From Corallochytrium limacisporum Hawaii (taxonomy: Eukaryota > Protista > Pluriformea): a stretch of DNA of 59,059 bases. How positions within the stretch are numbered: position 1 is the stretch's first letter; the number at the start of each line of letters is the position of its first letter. The DNA is taken from contig PDIP01000083.1 of NCBI GenBank assembly GCA_002811645.1, positions 262,043 to 321,101 of the forward strand, given 5' to 3'. This document shows, one piece after another, positions 42,276 through 54,250 of the stretch. Position numbers and translations under genes: made by a program. The notes under the pieces were generated by a model that worked only from the letters and a program-made list of their open reading frames with translations, searched no databases and was not told where the DNA came from.

Positions 42276-42782
42276 CCTTTATTGTTTTCCCGGCTCTAGA
42301 GCCAGTTGACACTCAATCAATCATCGTCCGCGACAGTACTAAGTTTGATCCGTAGCTGAAGCACCGTTGGTTAATTCAGGTATCTCATTATGCCTTTGTC
42401 TTAGCGTTAGCAATGGCTTGCACTGATGGAGCAGGCTTTCTATTATTTAATGTACCTTTCCATGGGTCCAAATCCTCAAAATTCGGAGCGAAAACGCTGG
42501 CTGGTGGATGTGACTGCGGAACCCGGGTCGTTGGATGGTAAACGGAAGGCCCCCCCCCCTCCGGTCGGGAGGCGGAGAAAGGGGGGGGGTTGGTAGTCGC
42601 ATTTCCCCCAGGGCCAGCAACAGGAGCACACAGATGGTCAGAACTTAAGGAGCCCAACTTTATTAACGAGATTAGAATACGTAGAGATCTTTGGACGTAC
42701 TTTGCTTAGATAACGGGCACCATGGTTGAAGACTAGGGTAGCAGCCCTTTAGTACATCTGACCGATGCCTTCCTCGGGCGAT

Positions 42783-44093
42783 TTACTTTTGTTTCAAATC
42801 AACAACGGAGAACTTCACACCGGCATCATTCAGGCGGGAGATAATAGTTGTGCCATGGAAGGCAGCCCACGGGGCCAAGACACCACCCTGATCATCGATC
42901 AAGTGACGCTCGTACAGTAGAGTCAGAGCGCTCTCCATAACCATAATGGGAGTGGCAATGTACCCAGCCTCAGGACCGGACACGGTACAGTGGACTTCCC
43001 TGTCAGGTTTACCTTCTCCCGGGGTGCCGCTGTAACCGAAGGCATAGAAATGGGTAGTGAAGGTGGATTTGATCAGAGTCTCGTGGACCGGGTTCTCCTT
43101 TGTCACAGCTCCCCAGGTGAAAAGGCTACAGTAGTCACAAAGAAGTTTCCGACCAAGCTCAAAGCGAGAGAGGAGAGCAAGAAAGATACCGGCAATAGTG
43201 GCCTTCACAATGTTCAGCAGTCCACCAATGTGGGCGTAGGCGAGGAATTGCACCGGAGCGGTCTGGTTGCGCATGTAAAGATGCTTCTGGCTGCGACGTA
43301 CCACACTGGCATCTGCACCCGGGAACTGCACAACGTAACCATTCAGGACCTTGTCCCACTTCAGCTGGCTAGGCTTTGCCTTGGGTCCGACTATCGGCAA
43401 TTTCACACCAGCACCGGGCATCTGCTTACGCAGTTTCTGGAGCTCACCGCTGCCGGCCTTGCTGAAACCAATGACGGCGCTCTCGTAGGTGGCAAAGTTC
43501 ACACCAGTATCACCCTGGTAGTCGAAGGTGTGCACCATTTCGACACGGTTGACGTGGCCCGTGCTCTTGAATTGCTTGCAGGCAAAGCCCATGCCAATGT
43601 CGGCTGGGATGGAATCAAAGCCACAACTGCCAACGAGCAATACACCATTGCGCTTGGCAGCTTCATTGTACTTCACGACCATACCATCCAGGTACATCGG
43701 TTCCCCAGAAATGTCCACGTAATCGCAGAGGTTGTCAATGCAGGCCTGTACTACGGGCTCGCCAAACTTGGAGTACGGACCAACACAGTCAATCAAGACC
43801 TTGCAGACACGACACATTGAGTTTAGGGTCGCTTGATCTGCCACATCGGCAACAATAACCTCAACGTTCTTTCCGTTGAGATTGAATTTTCCGCAGATAT
43901 CATCAATCGCGTTGCGAACCCTTTGTTCGTTACGTCCGGCAATAGCGTAGGTGAACTTGGGGTTCTCACTGGCGTACCGGATCACGTCAGCAACCAGGTA
44001 CTTGCCCGTGAAGCCGGTGCCTCCGAAAACGACAATGTCGTATTTCTTTTCGGTCATCTTGACGCTGTTTCCGCGAGAACGGCGAGTGGCCAT
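42783..44093 (-). CDS. SCCPDH: Saccharopine dehydrogenase-like oxidoreductase
   Basis: YDIVVFGGTGFTG, AIAGRN, CVGPY..GEPVV.AC, YVDISGE, CGFDSIPADIG, VSGPEAGYIAT, GGVLAP.AAF. Confidence 0.95.
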   Translation of the reverse strand: MATRRSRGNSVKMTEKKYDIVVFGGTGFTGKYLVADVIRYASENPKFTYAIAGRNEQRVRNAIDDICGKFNLNGKNVEVIVADVADQATLNSMCRVCKVLIDCVGPYSKFGEPVVQACIDNLCDYVDISGEPMYLDGMVVKYNEAAKRNGVLLVGSCGFDSIPADIGMGFACKQFKSTGHVNRVEMVHTFDYQGDTGVNFATYESAVIGFSKAGSGELQKLRKQMPGAGVKLPIVGPKAKPSQLKWDKVLNGYVVQFPGADASVVRRSQKHLYMRNQTAPVQFLAYAHIGGLLNIVKATIAGIFLALLSRFELGRKLLCDYCSLFTWGAVTKENPVHETLIKSTFTTHFYAFGYSGTPGEGKPDREVHCTVSGPEAGYIATPIMVMESALTLLYERHLIDDQGGVLAPWAAFHGTTIISRLNDAGVKFSVVDLKQK

Positions 44094-44757
44094 GGTGAGT
44101 CTGTTATTTCAGTATCTGAATAGAGTGCACCAGTCCAATGCTGGTTCGTCCAATCCCGTGCAGGCGCTTTCCGAGAGCAATGTATTTTACTCAAGTACCT
44201 CAACGATGGTCAGTGATAAAAATCTAAACAACCATGCCAATACTCAAACGACTCGACCTTGCAGAAGCACGCAAAAACCCAGTAGACACACGTTCATCAG
44301 CTGATGATTGGCTCCAGTCCATACCCCCGGAACCTCTGCGTCATTCACCTCGTCACACCCCAATGGGCTTTCCCTACTCGCTCCGCTGGCCGTCGGTGGC
44401 GCACCCACTTTTTTTCGAATCGGCTGACTAAGTGGTCGGAATGGCAAGACACCGATGATCTCCCAACGTCCGGTTACTCCCCAGTGTGCGAAGAACCGAG
44501 CCAACAACCAAACGGGAACGTACACACATCGCCTCCACCCTTAACCCCCCTTCTTCATTCGAGTTTCCCCATCACGCCGGCCCCACGATTTGATTCGCAG
44601 ACGACGAATGCGTCGCGGCAGAAAATGGCCCCTCCTAGCCCCCATCGGGCAGCCAGTAAACAAGGGGCGGGCAGCCAACGAAAAACAAAATAAAAAAGTA
44701 AGAGCCAAAAATGCAAGTCGAGCCCTGCCAAACACGAAAATACCAACGACCCCCCCC

Positions 44758-44966
44758 NNNNNNNNNNNNNNNNNNNNNNNNNNNNNNNNNNNNNNNNNNN
44801 NNNNNNNNNNNNNNNNNNNNNNNNNNNNNNNNNNNNNNNNNNNNNNNNNNNNNNNNNNNNNNNNNNNNNNNNNNNNNNNNNNNNNNNNNNNNNNNNNNNN
44901 NNNNNNNNNNNNNNNNNNNNNNNNNNNNNNNNNNNNNNNNNNNNNNNNNNNNNNNNNNNNNNNNNN
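44758..44966. other. Assembly gap (209 N)
   Basis: Run of N. Confidence 1.
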
Positions 44967-45818
44967 CCCCCGGGGGTTTTAGGTGGACCACAGAGAAAAA
45001 CTCCCAAAAATAAAATATTCCCAAGAACCCAACCCAACTGCCCAGCTCACCGGGAGCAACCGGTAGTGAATGTACTGCAATCGGGAGGACGGGCCAAAGC
45101 CACTCGGACGTGTGTAGAACTATTTTCGGAGAGTCGTTATCGATACTGCCAGCGTACCGTGTGGTTTGGGACACACGAACCAAACACACCCGGGGGGCCA
45201 AAAGAGTTTGTAAAAGCTTTTTTGGTGATGGACCAACTTTTGTGACCCCTTGGGACCCAGTTGTTTTGGGTTCGGTAGAGAGGGAGAGAGAGAGATGGAC
45301 GAGATGAGAAGCCAGAAGAAGGCGTGAAATTCTGCGTAGAGGGGGCCGGGCCGAAGAAGCCCGGCAGAGGGGGGGAGGAGGAGATTTTGGGAGCGGGTCT
45401 GGAGATGCTCGGGCCTTTGTTGCAGGGCCGAGGAAAAAAGAGGAAGGGGGGGGTGAGCGGGCACAATCTGGCAAATTTAAATATAGTCAGTATATCATAT
45501 TACAATGACAGAGGTAGGTGTAGGGAGCACGGGGGAAGGGGGAGGGGAGAAACGGCAGTATGCTAGAACCCGGGGCGGGGTTGGGGGTTAGTACTTTCAG
45601 CTCCGCGTGTGTGGGGGGGAGGAGTTTCGGGCCGCGTTGGCGGGGTTGGGTCGAGGGGGCCCATCTGCACGGAGTGCGGAGGGCGGTATACGTCGTGGTA
45701 TTTGGTACGGGATGCTCCGCCAACGGCCTGTTATGTAGGGCCTACCTGTATATCTTATCCAGCCATCATTTCAAATACGATGTCGCCCGTGTAGTTCTAG
45801 TACAATATACTCACAACG

Positions 45819-48365
45819 ATGAGTGCTTTCGAGGAATTGGGCCTGTGTCCCGAGCTGATCGCTGCAGCGTCAGGTGTTGGATGGGAACTACCTCGAGAAA
45901 TCCAAGCGGATGCCATTCCCGGTATTCTCGGTGGCGCGGATGTGTTCTTGGCCGCGGAGACTGGCTCAGGAAAGACTGCTGCTTTTACACTCCCTGTCTT
46001 GCAGGCTGTCCACGAGGAGCTGTTGGCACAAAGGAGCACTGGTAAGGGTCTAGCTGCGGGCAGCTATGATCAGGTAAAGTCAAAGCGCGAGGACGATGAT
46101 ACAATCAATGGATCGGAATCACCAGGTAAGAGGCGCAGAATGGATAGTGCTAGCGAGGCCGATGATGCCATGGATGGCTCAGAATCTCCCGGCAAGAGGC
46201 GTAGAATGAATGATGCAAGCTCCGCAGATGGTACAAGCGAAAATTTGTTACAGTTGAACGTACACGACTGCGACAGGGTTCTGCGCGTAGATCGACAACA
46301 CCAGGTTGTTACCACAAAGGATGGTGGTAAGTGGGGTGGAGTAAGGACAACCCATGGTATTCCGTTGGATGATGTCTTTCTTTCCAACAGCTATGGCTAC
46401 TACTACGAATGCGAGATCACTGGTGACGGTATTCCACGCGTTGGATGGGCCACCAAACGTGCCAGGCGAGAAATTGGTACGGATCAGCTGAGCTGGGGAT
46501 ATGGTGGCACTGCAAAAGGCTCACACGGCCGTAGATTCACAGACTATGGTGTAAAGTACGGTAAGGGTGATACCGTGGGCATCATTCTCGCACCCTTGAA
46601 GACCCAAACGAAGGGGCCGAGCAAAGAGAAGGGCATTGCTGTAATTGCATTTTGCGTCAATGGACAGAACATGGGACCCGCCTTCACTGTGTCCGAGCGA
46701 TTCCAGGGCCATGTGATCTACCCGGCTGTGTGCACCAAAGGTGGATCCTTTAAGATGCGATATGGTCACACGGAAAAGTATGCAGAGCAGTATTCTTTTG
46801 CTGTGAAAGCCATCGCAGAGGGTAGCCAAGCGAAGGCCATCAATGAAGCCGCTTCGCTGTCAACAGAGGAGAGAGTAAACCGCCTGCAAAAGGTCGATTC
46901 TATGGACATTGTAGAGGACAGGGCCAAACCAGGTTACACCAAGGCAGGGCCTATGGCATTGATCCTGGAACCGTCGAAAGAACTGGCGAATCAGGTGGTT
47001 GAACACTTGGATCAATTTGGAACATACTTCCAAGACGGAGAGAGCAAGCCACCTCGTACTCTCGGTGTGATTGGTGGTGTTCCTGTGCAGCAGCAAGTGA
47101 AACAGTTGAAGAAGGGAGGCATCGACATTGTTGTGAGTACCCCGGGTCGTTTGGAACAGTTTGTATCATCTGGACAATTGAGTTTGAAGTCGATCCGTTT
47201 CCTGATCATCGACGAGGCGGATGGTATGTTGAATGCTGGCCACGGTAAGTTCATCAGGCAGATGGTGGCTCAAATTCCGCCGTTTCAAGATGATGGCACA
47301 CGGCTGCAGATCATTGCCTGTTCTGCCACGTTGCACAATCCGGCCATCATTCGCCTGTCCGAGGAACTTTGTGAAGATCCGCTGTGGGTTGACCAAAAGG
47401 GCATGGATAGCATCCCTGACACCGTTCAGATCTTCAATGTGAAGCTTGACCCCATTGACCACGGTAAGGCTGGACCTGCTGAGGCCTATGTAGAGGGTCA
47501 AGGTGCCGAGAATCGCCTGCTCGTGTGCGCCAACGAGCACTATAAGTGCGTCTGTCCGAACGACAAGGTACACACCGAACACGACACTTCGGAATTCAAA
47601 GACGCGCGCCTGAGCCGAACTATCAAGCTCGTGAAGCCGGCCATGTTACTGAACATTATCGAACGGTTCAAGATGGAGAGTGTGATGATATTTGTACGTA
47701 CACGCATTGATGCAGACAATCTGGAGGCCTATTTCCGTATGGTGCGCCAAGCAGGAGGTAAGGGAAGCGCTCCGAACCTTGGGGTACCGGAGGTGGTTGT
47801 CCTATCCGGTGAACGCGATGCTGGCCAGCGTCAGCGAAACCTAGACCTGTTCAAGAATGGTGATGCTCGCATCCTGATTGCTACGGATGTCGCTGCACGT
47901 GGTATAGATATTCAAGGTCTGCCCTACATCATCAACATGACACTGCCGGACAAGCCTGAGGAGTTCATGCATCGGGTTGGCCGTGTTGGACGTGCTGGTC
48001 AGACAGGAATCGCGATAAACATTGTGTCAGCTGTTCCCGAGAAGGTTTGGTTCCACCGGTGTCCATCCCGTGGCAAGCAGTGCAACAACCGCAAGCTGTT
48101 GAACATGGGTGGCTGCACCATCTGGTACGATGAAATGAAGATCTTGCAGGAGATTGAAAACAAATTGGGTAGCTGCGGCACCTTCCTGGATGACAAATTA
48201 GACATGAGCATGCATGTCAAGGAGGCGGGTACCTCCGGAGACAGTGCCGGCAGCGCTACGCGCAGCCGCTATCGTCAGTATGTGGTTGAGGCCTTGACAA
48301 ATATGGAACGGTCTGTACAGCTCACGTTCTTGCGGAGCACGTACGGATCAGGAAATACTCAATAG
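45819..48365 (+). CDS. DDX1: DEAD-box RNA helicase DDX1 (SPRY insertion)
   Basis: MSAFEELG, AETGSGKT, a SPRY domain (YYEC..RVGW..GYGGT) between motifs I and Ia, EPSKELA, DEAD, SAT, HRVGRVGRAG, and the DDX1-specific EKVWFH.C..RGK.C.N...GGCTIWY. Confidence 0.97.
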   Translation: MSAFEELGLCPELIAAASGVGWELPREIQADAIPGILGGADVFLAAETGSGKTAAFTLPVLQAVHEELLAQRSTGKGLAAGSYDQVKSKREDDDTINGSESPGKRRRMDSASEADDAMDGSESPGKRRRMNDASSADGTSENLLQLNVHDCDRVLRVDRQHQVVTTKDGGKWGGVRTTHGIPLDDVFLSNSYGYYYECEITGDGIPRVGWATKRARREIGTDQLSWGYGGTAKGSHGRRFTDYGVKYGKGDTVGIILAPLKTQTKGPSKEKGIAVIAFCVNGQNMGPAFTVSERFQGHVIYPAVCTKGGSFKMRYGHTEKYAEQYSFAVKAIAEGSQAKAINEAASLSTEERVNRLQKVDSMDIVEDRAKPGYTKAGPMALILEPSKELANQVVEHLDQFGTYFQDGESKPPRTLGVIGGVPVQQQVKQLKKGGIDIVVSTPGRLEQFVSSGQLSLKSIRFLIIDEADGMLNAGHGKFIRQMVAQIPPFQDDGTRLQIIACSATLHNPAIIRLSEELCEDPLWVDQKGMDSIPDTVQIFNVKLDPIDHGKAGPAEAYVEGQGAENRLLVCANEHYKCVCPNDKVHTEHDTSEFKDARLSRTIKLVKPAMLLNIIERFKMESVMIFVRTRIDADNLEAYFRMVRQAGGKGSAPNLGVPEVVVLSGERDAGQRQRNLDLFKNGDARILIATDVAARGIDIQGLPYIINMTLPDKPEEFMHRVGRVGRAGQTGIAINIVSAVPEKVWFHRCPSRGKQCNNRKLLNMGGCTIWYDEMKILQEIENKLGSCGTFLDDKLDMSMHVKEAGTSGDSAGSATRSRYRQYVVEALTNMERSVQLTFLRSTYGSGNTQ

Positions 48366-49076
48366 TGAGTCCTTTATGGTAAGTTACAGCATCATCTGGG
48401 GTGCCTGAAGCCTTATGACGGAGCAAGAGCGAGTTCTTGAATCACGGTTGCTATATCTTTTGCTTGCAGTGGGCGTTTTATTTACCTGCTTGTCTTGCCA
48501 GAAATGCGAACCAAGATGCTAAGGGATCCAATACTGGCTGCCATGGAAAGTATGTGTGACATGGGGGTTATCAGTGGAATCCCACATTCTTCATATCATT
48601 CTCAGAACACTATCACTCTTCTTCATTCCATCACTTCTTTTCATCTCATGTCCTCACTCACAACATGAACAACACTTAACTAACATAACTGAACCCTTTT
48701 TCCAATACCTTTCGCTGTCTAGCAGAGCTCAAACCCACGAGCGCATCATTCCGATCTTCCGAGACCCGGGCATCGCAATGAACCACCGTGTTCAGCCAGC
48801 AACACGCAGCCCCCCCCCGTCCCTGGGGAAGAGGAGGGGGCTTCGAAGCAATTTAACTCTCACTGGGGCGCCAAGAAGGTACTCGAGAACAGAAATTCTT
48901 GGAAATTAATGTTGGCGCGGATCATGCAGTTCCAGGGTATATAGCAAAGCTAAAGAATTTAAATAGACACACTAATGGTGTTTGTAGCTATGTGTGGATT
49001 ACTAAGGTCGTGAGCACTGTAGAATACCGACATTGATTTCGTGATCAACTACCGCGAGAACAAACGTACACCAACC

Positions 49077-50618
49077 ATGGGCAAACGAGATCGTTGGAAA
49101 ACATCGCTCCAACAAACTGTAAAGCAAAAGCAAGAAACCAACCGGTACAAGGAAACGACTTCATGTGCCCGTGAATCGACGGAAAGCACCGATGGAACGA
49201 AAACTGTCAATGAACTGCTCGATGAGCTTAGGCGGAAACAACAGGAACCGGTTCGGGTCACAGACCATAATTCCACGGGCACTGGAAGCAGCAATACAAC
49301 CATTGTGAATAGCAGGCATGAAGCAACCTTAAGATCACAGAACCAATCACAGGATACTAACTCAGCTTCCCAGTGTCTGAGCCTCGGATTTCATGAGGCA
49401 GACAGCGGTGGGCGCCTGCAGACGCTGATGGCTCAACGGCGGCGCCAAGTTAGCGGGCCGATCCCCCGGACGTGGTTGGTCGACATGCAGAATGGGACTC
49501 GGCGGCACCTTCGATCTGTGCCGGTCCGGTGCAGAGGAATAAAACCGCATCCATACTTTGGCAGTAGCAGCCTGGCTGGCCGGGTTTGCGATACTGGAAT
49601 CATGGGCTTTCCGGATGAGCTTTCGCTGCAGACAATGGCGGCTGCTGCACTGGCGCGGTATATTGCTACTGATCCGACATTATTGACAGAGGTTTCAGCG
49701 GAGTATCCGTACGGTACCTTCATGCTTCCAGTCATCGATCAGCTACTGAAACAGTCGCTGCTGAGCGACGATTTGTGTCCGCTAGTGGCCGGTCTGTTCT
49801 CAGAGCGGGCAAGCTTGGTGGGCAGTTCGATCACGGAACGAGGCATGATCGCTCTCTTCCCTTCCGCTGTGGTAGACAAGAGATTGGGATCTCTGCGCAG
49901 CAACATAGGCCACCAGACCGAGACCAAACGGAGTGACTGCGACGCCTGCCATGCTAGTGGTGTCCAGGCCTTGGGCCCCACAATGGAGAATTGGGAGGAC
50001 TACCTTCAGGAGGGCGAGGACCATGAGGAGGAGGACGTAAATGAGGCTTTATTTGAACATCACGAGTGGGACGATGATGACGAGGAAGATGAAGAGCCGC
50101 TCGTTCCCGCTGCCAACTTCCTGGAGCACCTGCTTTACCCGCGCAGCGTTGTACCAAGGGGGTTGCAGTGCCTGCCTTCGACTATCAATGCCCTGGATCT
50201 CAGTTTCTGTGGCAGTCTGCAAGGTGGGCGAGACATGATCTACATACTCAGCAACAACTTGCCATCCATCACTGAGCTGAGAATAGCTGGATGTTTCAGC
50301 GAGATCACGGGTCCACCAACCGTCAGTGCCATTATGACAATGATGGAACACTTAAGGATCCTTGACCTCAGCTGCAGCTACTGGCTCAATCTGCGGGACT
50401 TGCGACCACTGCTTGTATCCGGCGGCTACTTAACAGACCTGAAGGTATTGGATCTATGCCACTGTCCGCTCATTAAGGAGGAGAATATTTACGCCATCCG
50501 GTCCCGTAGGGGTCCACGGTTGATGGTCAATGTGGAACGGAGCGTTTGGGACGCCCGCCACGTTTCTATTCGCAACAATGACCTCGGCACGTACACAGCC
50601 ACTGCCACCACAACATAG
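49077..50618 (+). CDS. Uncharacterised leucine-rich-repeat (RNI/AMN1-like) protein
   Basis: C-terminal repeats LDLSFC, LRIAGC, LDLSCS, LDLCHC; acidic insert; GPIPRTW motif. Confidence 0.75.
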   Translation: MGKRDRWKTSLQQTVKQKQETNRYKETTSCARESTESTDGTKTVNELLDELRRKQQEPVRVTDHNSTGTGSSNTTIVNSRHEATLRSQNQSQDTNSASQCLSLGFHEADSGGRLQTLMAQRRRQVSGPIPRTWLVDMQNGTRRHLRSVPVRCRGIKPHPYFGSSSLAGRVCDTGIMGFPDELSLQTMAAAALARYIATDPTLLTEVSAEYPYGTFMLPVIDQLLKQSLLSDDLCPLVAGLFSERASLVGSSITERGMIALFPSAVVDKRLGSLRSNIGHQTETKRSDCDACHASGVQALGPTMENWEDYLQEGEDHEEEDVNEALFEHHEWDDDDEEDEEPLVPAANFLEHLLYPRSVVPRGLQCLPSTINALDLSFCGSLQGGRDMIYILSNNLPSITELRIAGCFSEITGPPTVSAIMTMMEHLRILDLSCSYWLNLRDLRPLLVSGGYLTDLKVLDLCHCPLIKEENIYAIRSRRGPRLMVNVERSVWDARHVSIRNNDLGTYTATATTT

Positions 50619-50722
50619 GCACGGTCTTTACTTAGCATACCCGAGTACAAGCAAGAAATAGTGCTAACTGCTTTAATGTATACCACATGCTAAGAAGGAA
50701 TCTGGAGATACCAACGTCCAGC

Positions 50723-52366
50723 TTACAGCTGAGCAATAGCACCGCTGTTCAGGCTGCGACGGGTAATGTACTCGTAAGAGGTCGGGTAGGTCAGGAACTC
50801 ACCCAGTACGGGGGCATTGACAAAGTCCTTGAAGATGCGTCCTGCCTCGTCGAACTCATTCTTTCCCTTGCTCTTGCTCTTGAACTGCTGCACAGACCGA
50901 TCAATAGCGGCGTCAATCATCTGGCGGTTGATCACGGTGCCGTCGTCAGTCTTGACACCGTGCTTCTTCCACTGCCAGAGCTGAGCACGGCTAATCTCAG
51001 CGGTGGCGGCATCCTCCATCAGATTGTTGATGGGCACACAGCCGGATCCACGGAGCCAGGCCTCAATGTACTGCAAGCCAATGTCCACGTTGGTCTGCAC
51101 ACCGGCCTTGGTGACCTTGCCGGGGACCGGCGCAATCAGTTCCTTGGGGCTTACGCTGACGTCGGACCGGGTGACGTGGATCTGGTTGGGCCCGGGCATG
51201 TACTTGTTGAAGGCCTCCAAGGCCATGGGAATCAGACCAGGGTGTGCGACCCAGGTGCCATCGTGGCCCGCCTTGGCTTCACGCTCCTTGTCGCTGCGCA
51301 CCTTCTGCATGGCAGCCTCATTGGCGGCTTCGTTGTTCTTGATAGGGATCTGGGCAGCCATGCCTCCCATGGCGTGCACACCACGGCGGTGGCAGGTCTT
51401 GATCAGCAGACGCACATAGGAGTCCATGAAGGGCACAGTCATACCAACTGCAGCACGATCGGGCAGAACAAACTGTTTGTGGTTGCGGAACTTCTTAATG
51501 TAGCTGAAGATGTAGTCCCAGCGACCGCAGTTCAGACCGCTGGTGTGCTCCCGCAGTTCGTAGAGGATCTCGTCCATCTCAAAGACGGCCAGAATGGTTT
51601 CGATCAGCACGGTGGCGCGGATGGTGCCACGGGGAATGTCAGCCAGCTGCTGAGCGCGCACAAAGACCTGGTTCCACCAGCGTGCCTCAACATGACTCTC
51701 TAGCTTAGGAATATAGTAGTACGGACCTTGACCAACCTGAATGGCCTTCTTGCCGCTGCTGAAGAGATAGAGACCGAAATCGAAAAGAGACGCGGACATG
51801 GGCTCCCCGTCGACCTCGACGTGCCACTCCTCCATGTGAAGACCGCGGGGACGCACCAGCAGGGTGGCAACTTGCTTGTTCAGCTTACGGATAGAGCCGT
51901 TAGGGTTCGCGAAGGTGATGGTGCGGGCAATTGCATCGTGCATGTTAAGTTGGCCAGCGACCATATTCTCCCAGGTTGGGGAGCTAGAGTCCTCGAAATC
52001 GGCCATGAACTGGGTGGCACCGGAGTTGAGCGCGTTGATAACCATCTTGCGGTCGACGGGGCCGGTAATCTCGACGCGGCGCTCGACCAGACCAGGAGCC
52101 AGGGGAGCACCCCTCCAGTTGGACTCGCGGATGTGCTTGGTGGATTCAAGGAAGGTGGGGAACTCACCGGCATCGAGGCGCTTCTGGCGCTCCTCCCGCT
52201 GCTTGATAAGCTCCTTCCTGGTGTTGTTGAACTCACGGTGGAGGGTGGCCAGGAAGCGCAGAGACTTCAGGTTGAAAACATGAAGCCATTCGGGCTTGAC
52301 CTCGCCTCGCACCTTGATGCCCTCAGAGGCCAAGGTGGCGTTCAGGAATGCCTGCTGAGAAGACAT
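50723..52366 (-). CDS. MLS: Malate synthase A (glyoxylate cycle), probably peroxisomal
   Basis: [74 protein letters not shown]; C-terminal AQL. Confidence 0.98.
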   Translation of the reverse strand: MSSQQAFLNATLASEGIKVRGEVKPEWLHVFNLKSLRFLATLHREFNNTRKELIKQREERQKRLDAGEFPTFLESTKHIRESNWRGAPLAPGLVERRVEITGPVDRKMVINALNSGATQFMADFEDSSSPTWENMVAGQLNMHDAIARTITFANPNGSIRKLNKQVATLLVRPRGLHMEEWHVEVDGEPMSASLFDFGLYLFSSGKKAIQVGQGPYYYIPKLESHVEARWWNQVFVRAQQLADIPRGTIRATVLIETILAVFEMDEILYELREHTSGLNCGRWDYIFSYIKKFRNHKQFVLPDRAAVGMTVPFMDSYVRLLIKTCHRRGVHAMGGMAAQIPIKNNEAANEAAMQKVRSDKEREAKAGHDGTWVAHPGLIPMALEAFNKYMPGPNQIHVTRSDVSVSPKELIAPVPGKVTKAGVQTNVDIGLQYIEAWLRGSGCVPINNLMEDAATAEISRAQLWQWKKHGVKTDDGTVINRQMIDAAIDRSVQQFKSKSKGKNEFDEAGRIFKDFVNAPVLGEFLTYPTSYEYITRRSLNSGAIAQL

Positions 52367-53440
52367 GATTAGCTGCTGCGTACTCACACTTGCTTATATA
52401 AAACCTACTCGGATAGTCCCTGATACGAACCAGAAGAGCCGTTGATCCCTACAACAGCGCATTACAGTTCCGTAAGTGGCTTGATCAATACCAGCGTAAG
52501 GACCGTGTATCCAAAAATAGAACTCATCCAAAATACCCTGCTCGATCATATATCCCGAGTCAGCAACATTCCATCTGCTAAATCTATACATAGACACCAA
52601 ATCATATCATTCCACAGTTCGCCGCCACAACACCCTAGCTCAGTCCTTTTTGATGCAGCCGGCAAATGCACGGTCTTTGAGCAGATAAAAAAACTGCGAC
52701 TGCGGCTTGCACCTTGCGGCTTGCCAGCAGCTGATCTCGCCGTTGGGAGATCTCTTCTCCCCCCCCCCGGCGGGGGGGTCACTTCCCTCTCTCTCTGTCT
52801 CTCTCTCTCTCTCAGGGTTAATTTTCCCTTTTCCCGGTCACCCTGTGAGCGGGGCGGCCCACTCGCCGAAGTCCTTGTCTCCGCGTAGGTTCTTCATTTT
52901 TGCGATCATCAGTCGGAACCGGGTAGCAGATAAAACCGAAGAAGAAGGGAGATTACCGCGCCGTCGAGCTCGAAAAAGCCACCGCAGCAAAAAGGGGGTA
53001 AGGTTGGCAGTGCAAGGACCCGTGTCACTGTTGTCTCGCTGCCCCGATTGCAAAAACACGCTCCTCGGGTTCTACAGCCCCGTGTTATGAAACAGACTCG
53101 TTTGTAGGAAAGATGGTCCATGGAAATATATTCAGCGAGCACAGAAAGTCCAACGCAGCCCAATCGTATATCACACATACACATACAGGCACACTTAGAA
53201 ATTAGAAGCGCAGCAAGGTCCATCATGATGATGATCATCATACTGTCCCGTGATTTAGGCGTGTTCATTACATGTGAGTGTTCAGCTTGCATGCCGCAAA
53301 ATAAGAGGCGGTCTCTGCGGTCAGCAACCAGAAACCGGCGAAGCAAGTGTTTCTTGACCCCTTTGGTGTCTGTGGCTCACGCCTCTTCCTGAAGATGTTC
53401 GGACGTGTTCATTATGCTGGGGTTGTGCTTACATGAAACA

Positions 53441-54178
53441 TTAAAGGGCAATATTGTGATTTACCATTCTCTCCTTCCATCCCGCAGAGCAGATGGCGCA
53501 CTCAAGCCCAGACACAACAGCTGCTGGCATGCTGTCTATGTTAGCCCACATCACCGTGCCATCAAAAAACACCAAACAAATTACTCCGCACTTCCCGGGA
53601 GCATGTAACGGCAGCAACAAACACGACCCGTGAATGCATGTGGAGAGAGAGTTCCGAAGCGCGTGTTTTCCAGCACTTCCTCACGCGGAGGCTGCCCCCC
53701 CCCCCTCCACCCCCGGGCCTCTCCCTGAGTGTCTTGCGGGCACTCTCTCCTCCCTCCCATCGATGAAGCGTTCCGCCAAACTCGTCACGGGCTGGTAACA
53801 TTTTGTGGTACATTCAGTACCAAACTTTCGAGATTGGAACCGCCCCCTCCCCCCAACCAGGCCCACAAAACCTATGAGAGAGCGCAATAAGAAAAGAAAG
53901 TCCCGGCAGAAGAACCACAACAAAACACCAGGTCCCCTCGCTCCCTTCCTTTGTGTTCTCTGCTAACCACTCCCCTTCTCCCCCTAGCCCAACCATGCCC
54001 TTTTCTTTTTTGATTTTGTGTTTTTTTTTTCCTTTTTCTTTCCTTTGGTACTCACCACCGCACAGAAAGAAAAATGAACCCCATGTCCACCACCACCCGC
54101 GGCCGCCTCTTTTGGTTAGCACCAGACCGCGTTTGTCCGACTGAAGAAAGAGAATCCCAGACCAATTCTTACCGCCAT
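53441..54178 (-). CDS. Probable gene with a garbled interior and a possible short first intron
   Basis: ATG GCG followed by GTAAGA (54172) and GCTAAC (54120-54115); smear at ~53690-54110; clean end FDGTVMWANIDSMPAAVVSGLECAICSAGWKERMVNHNIAL*. Confidence 0.3.
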
Positions 54179-54250
54179 CCTTCCGTCAATTCTTGCAGTG
54201 TTGTCGAGTTTTGCTCGTGCGTAGTAGTACAGTATATATAGGATGTGCTT

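Noticed and set aside
48370-48930. Possible spliced minus-strand gene between DDX1 and the LRR gene (GTATTG donor-like site)
   Set aside because: No consistent frame, canonical branch point or recognisable product.
50687-52372. Long plus-strand ORFs (338 and 214 aa), and similar ones at 3128-3958, 42990-43820, 34653-35282 and 10431-11114
   Set aside because: Antisense shadows of codon-biased genes on the opposite strand; no motifs of their own.
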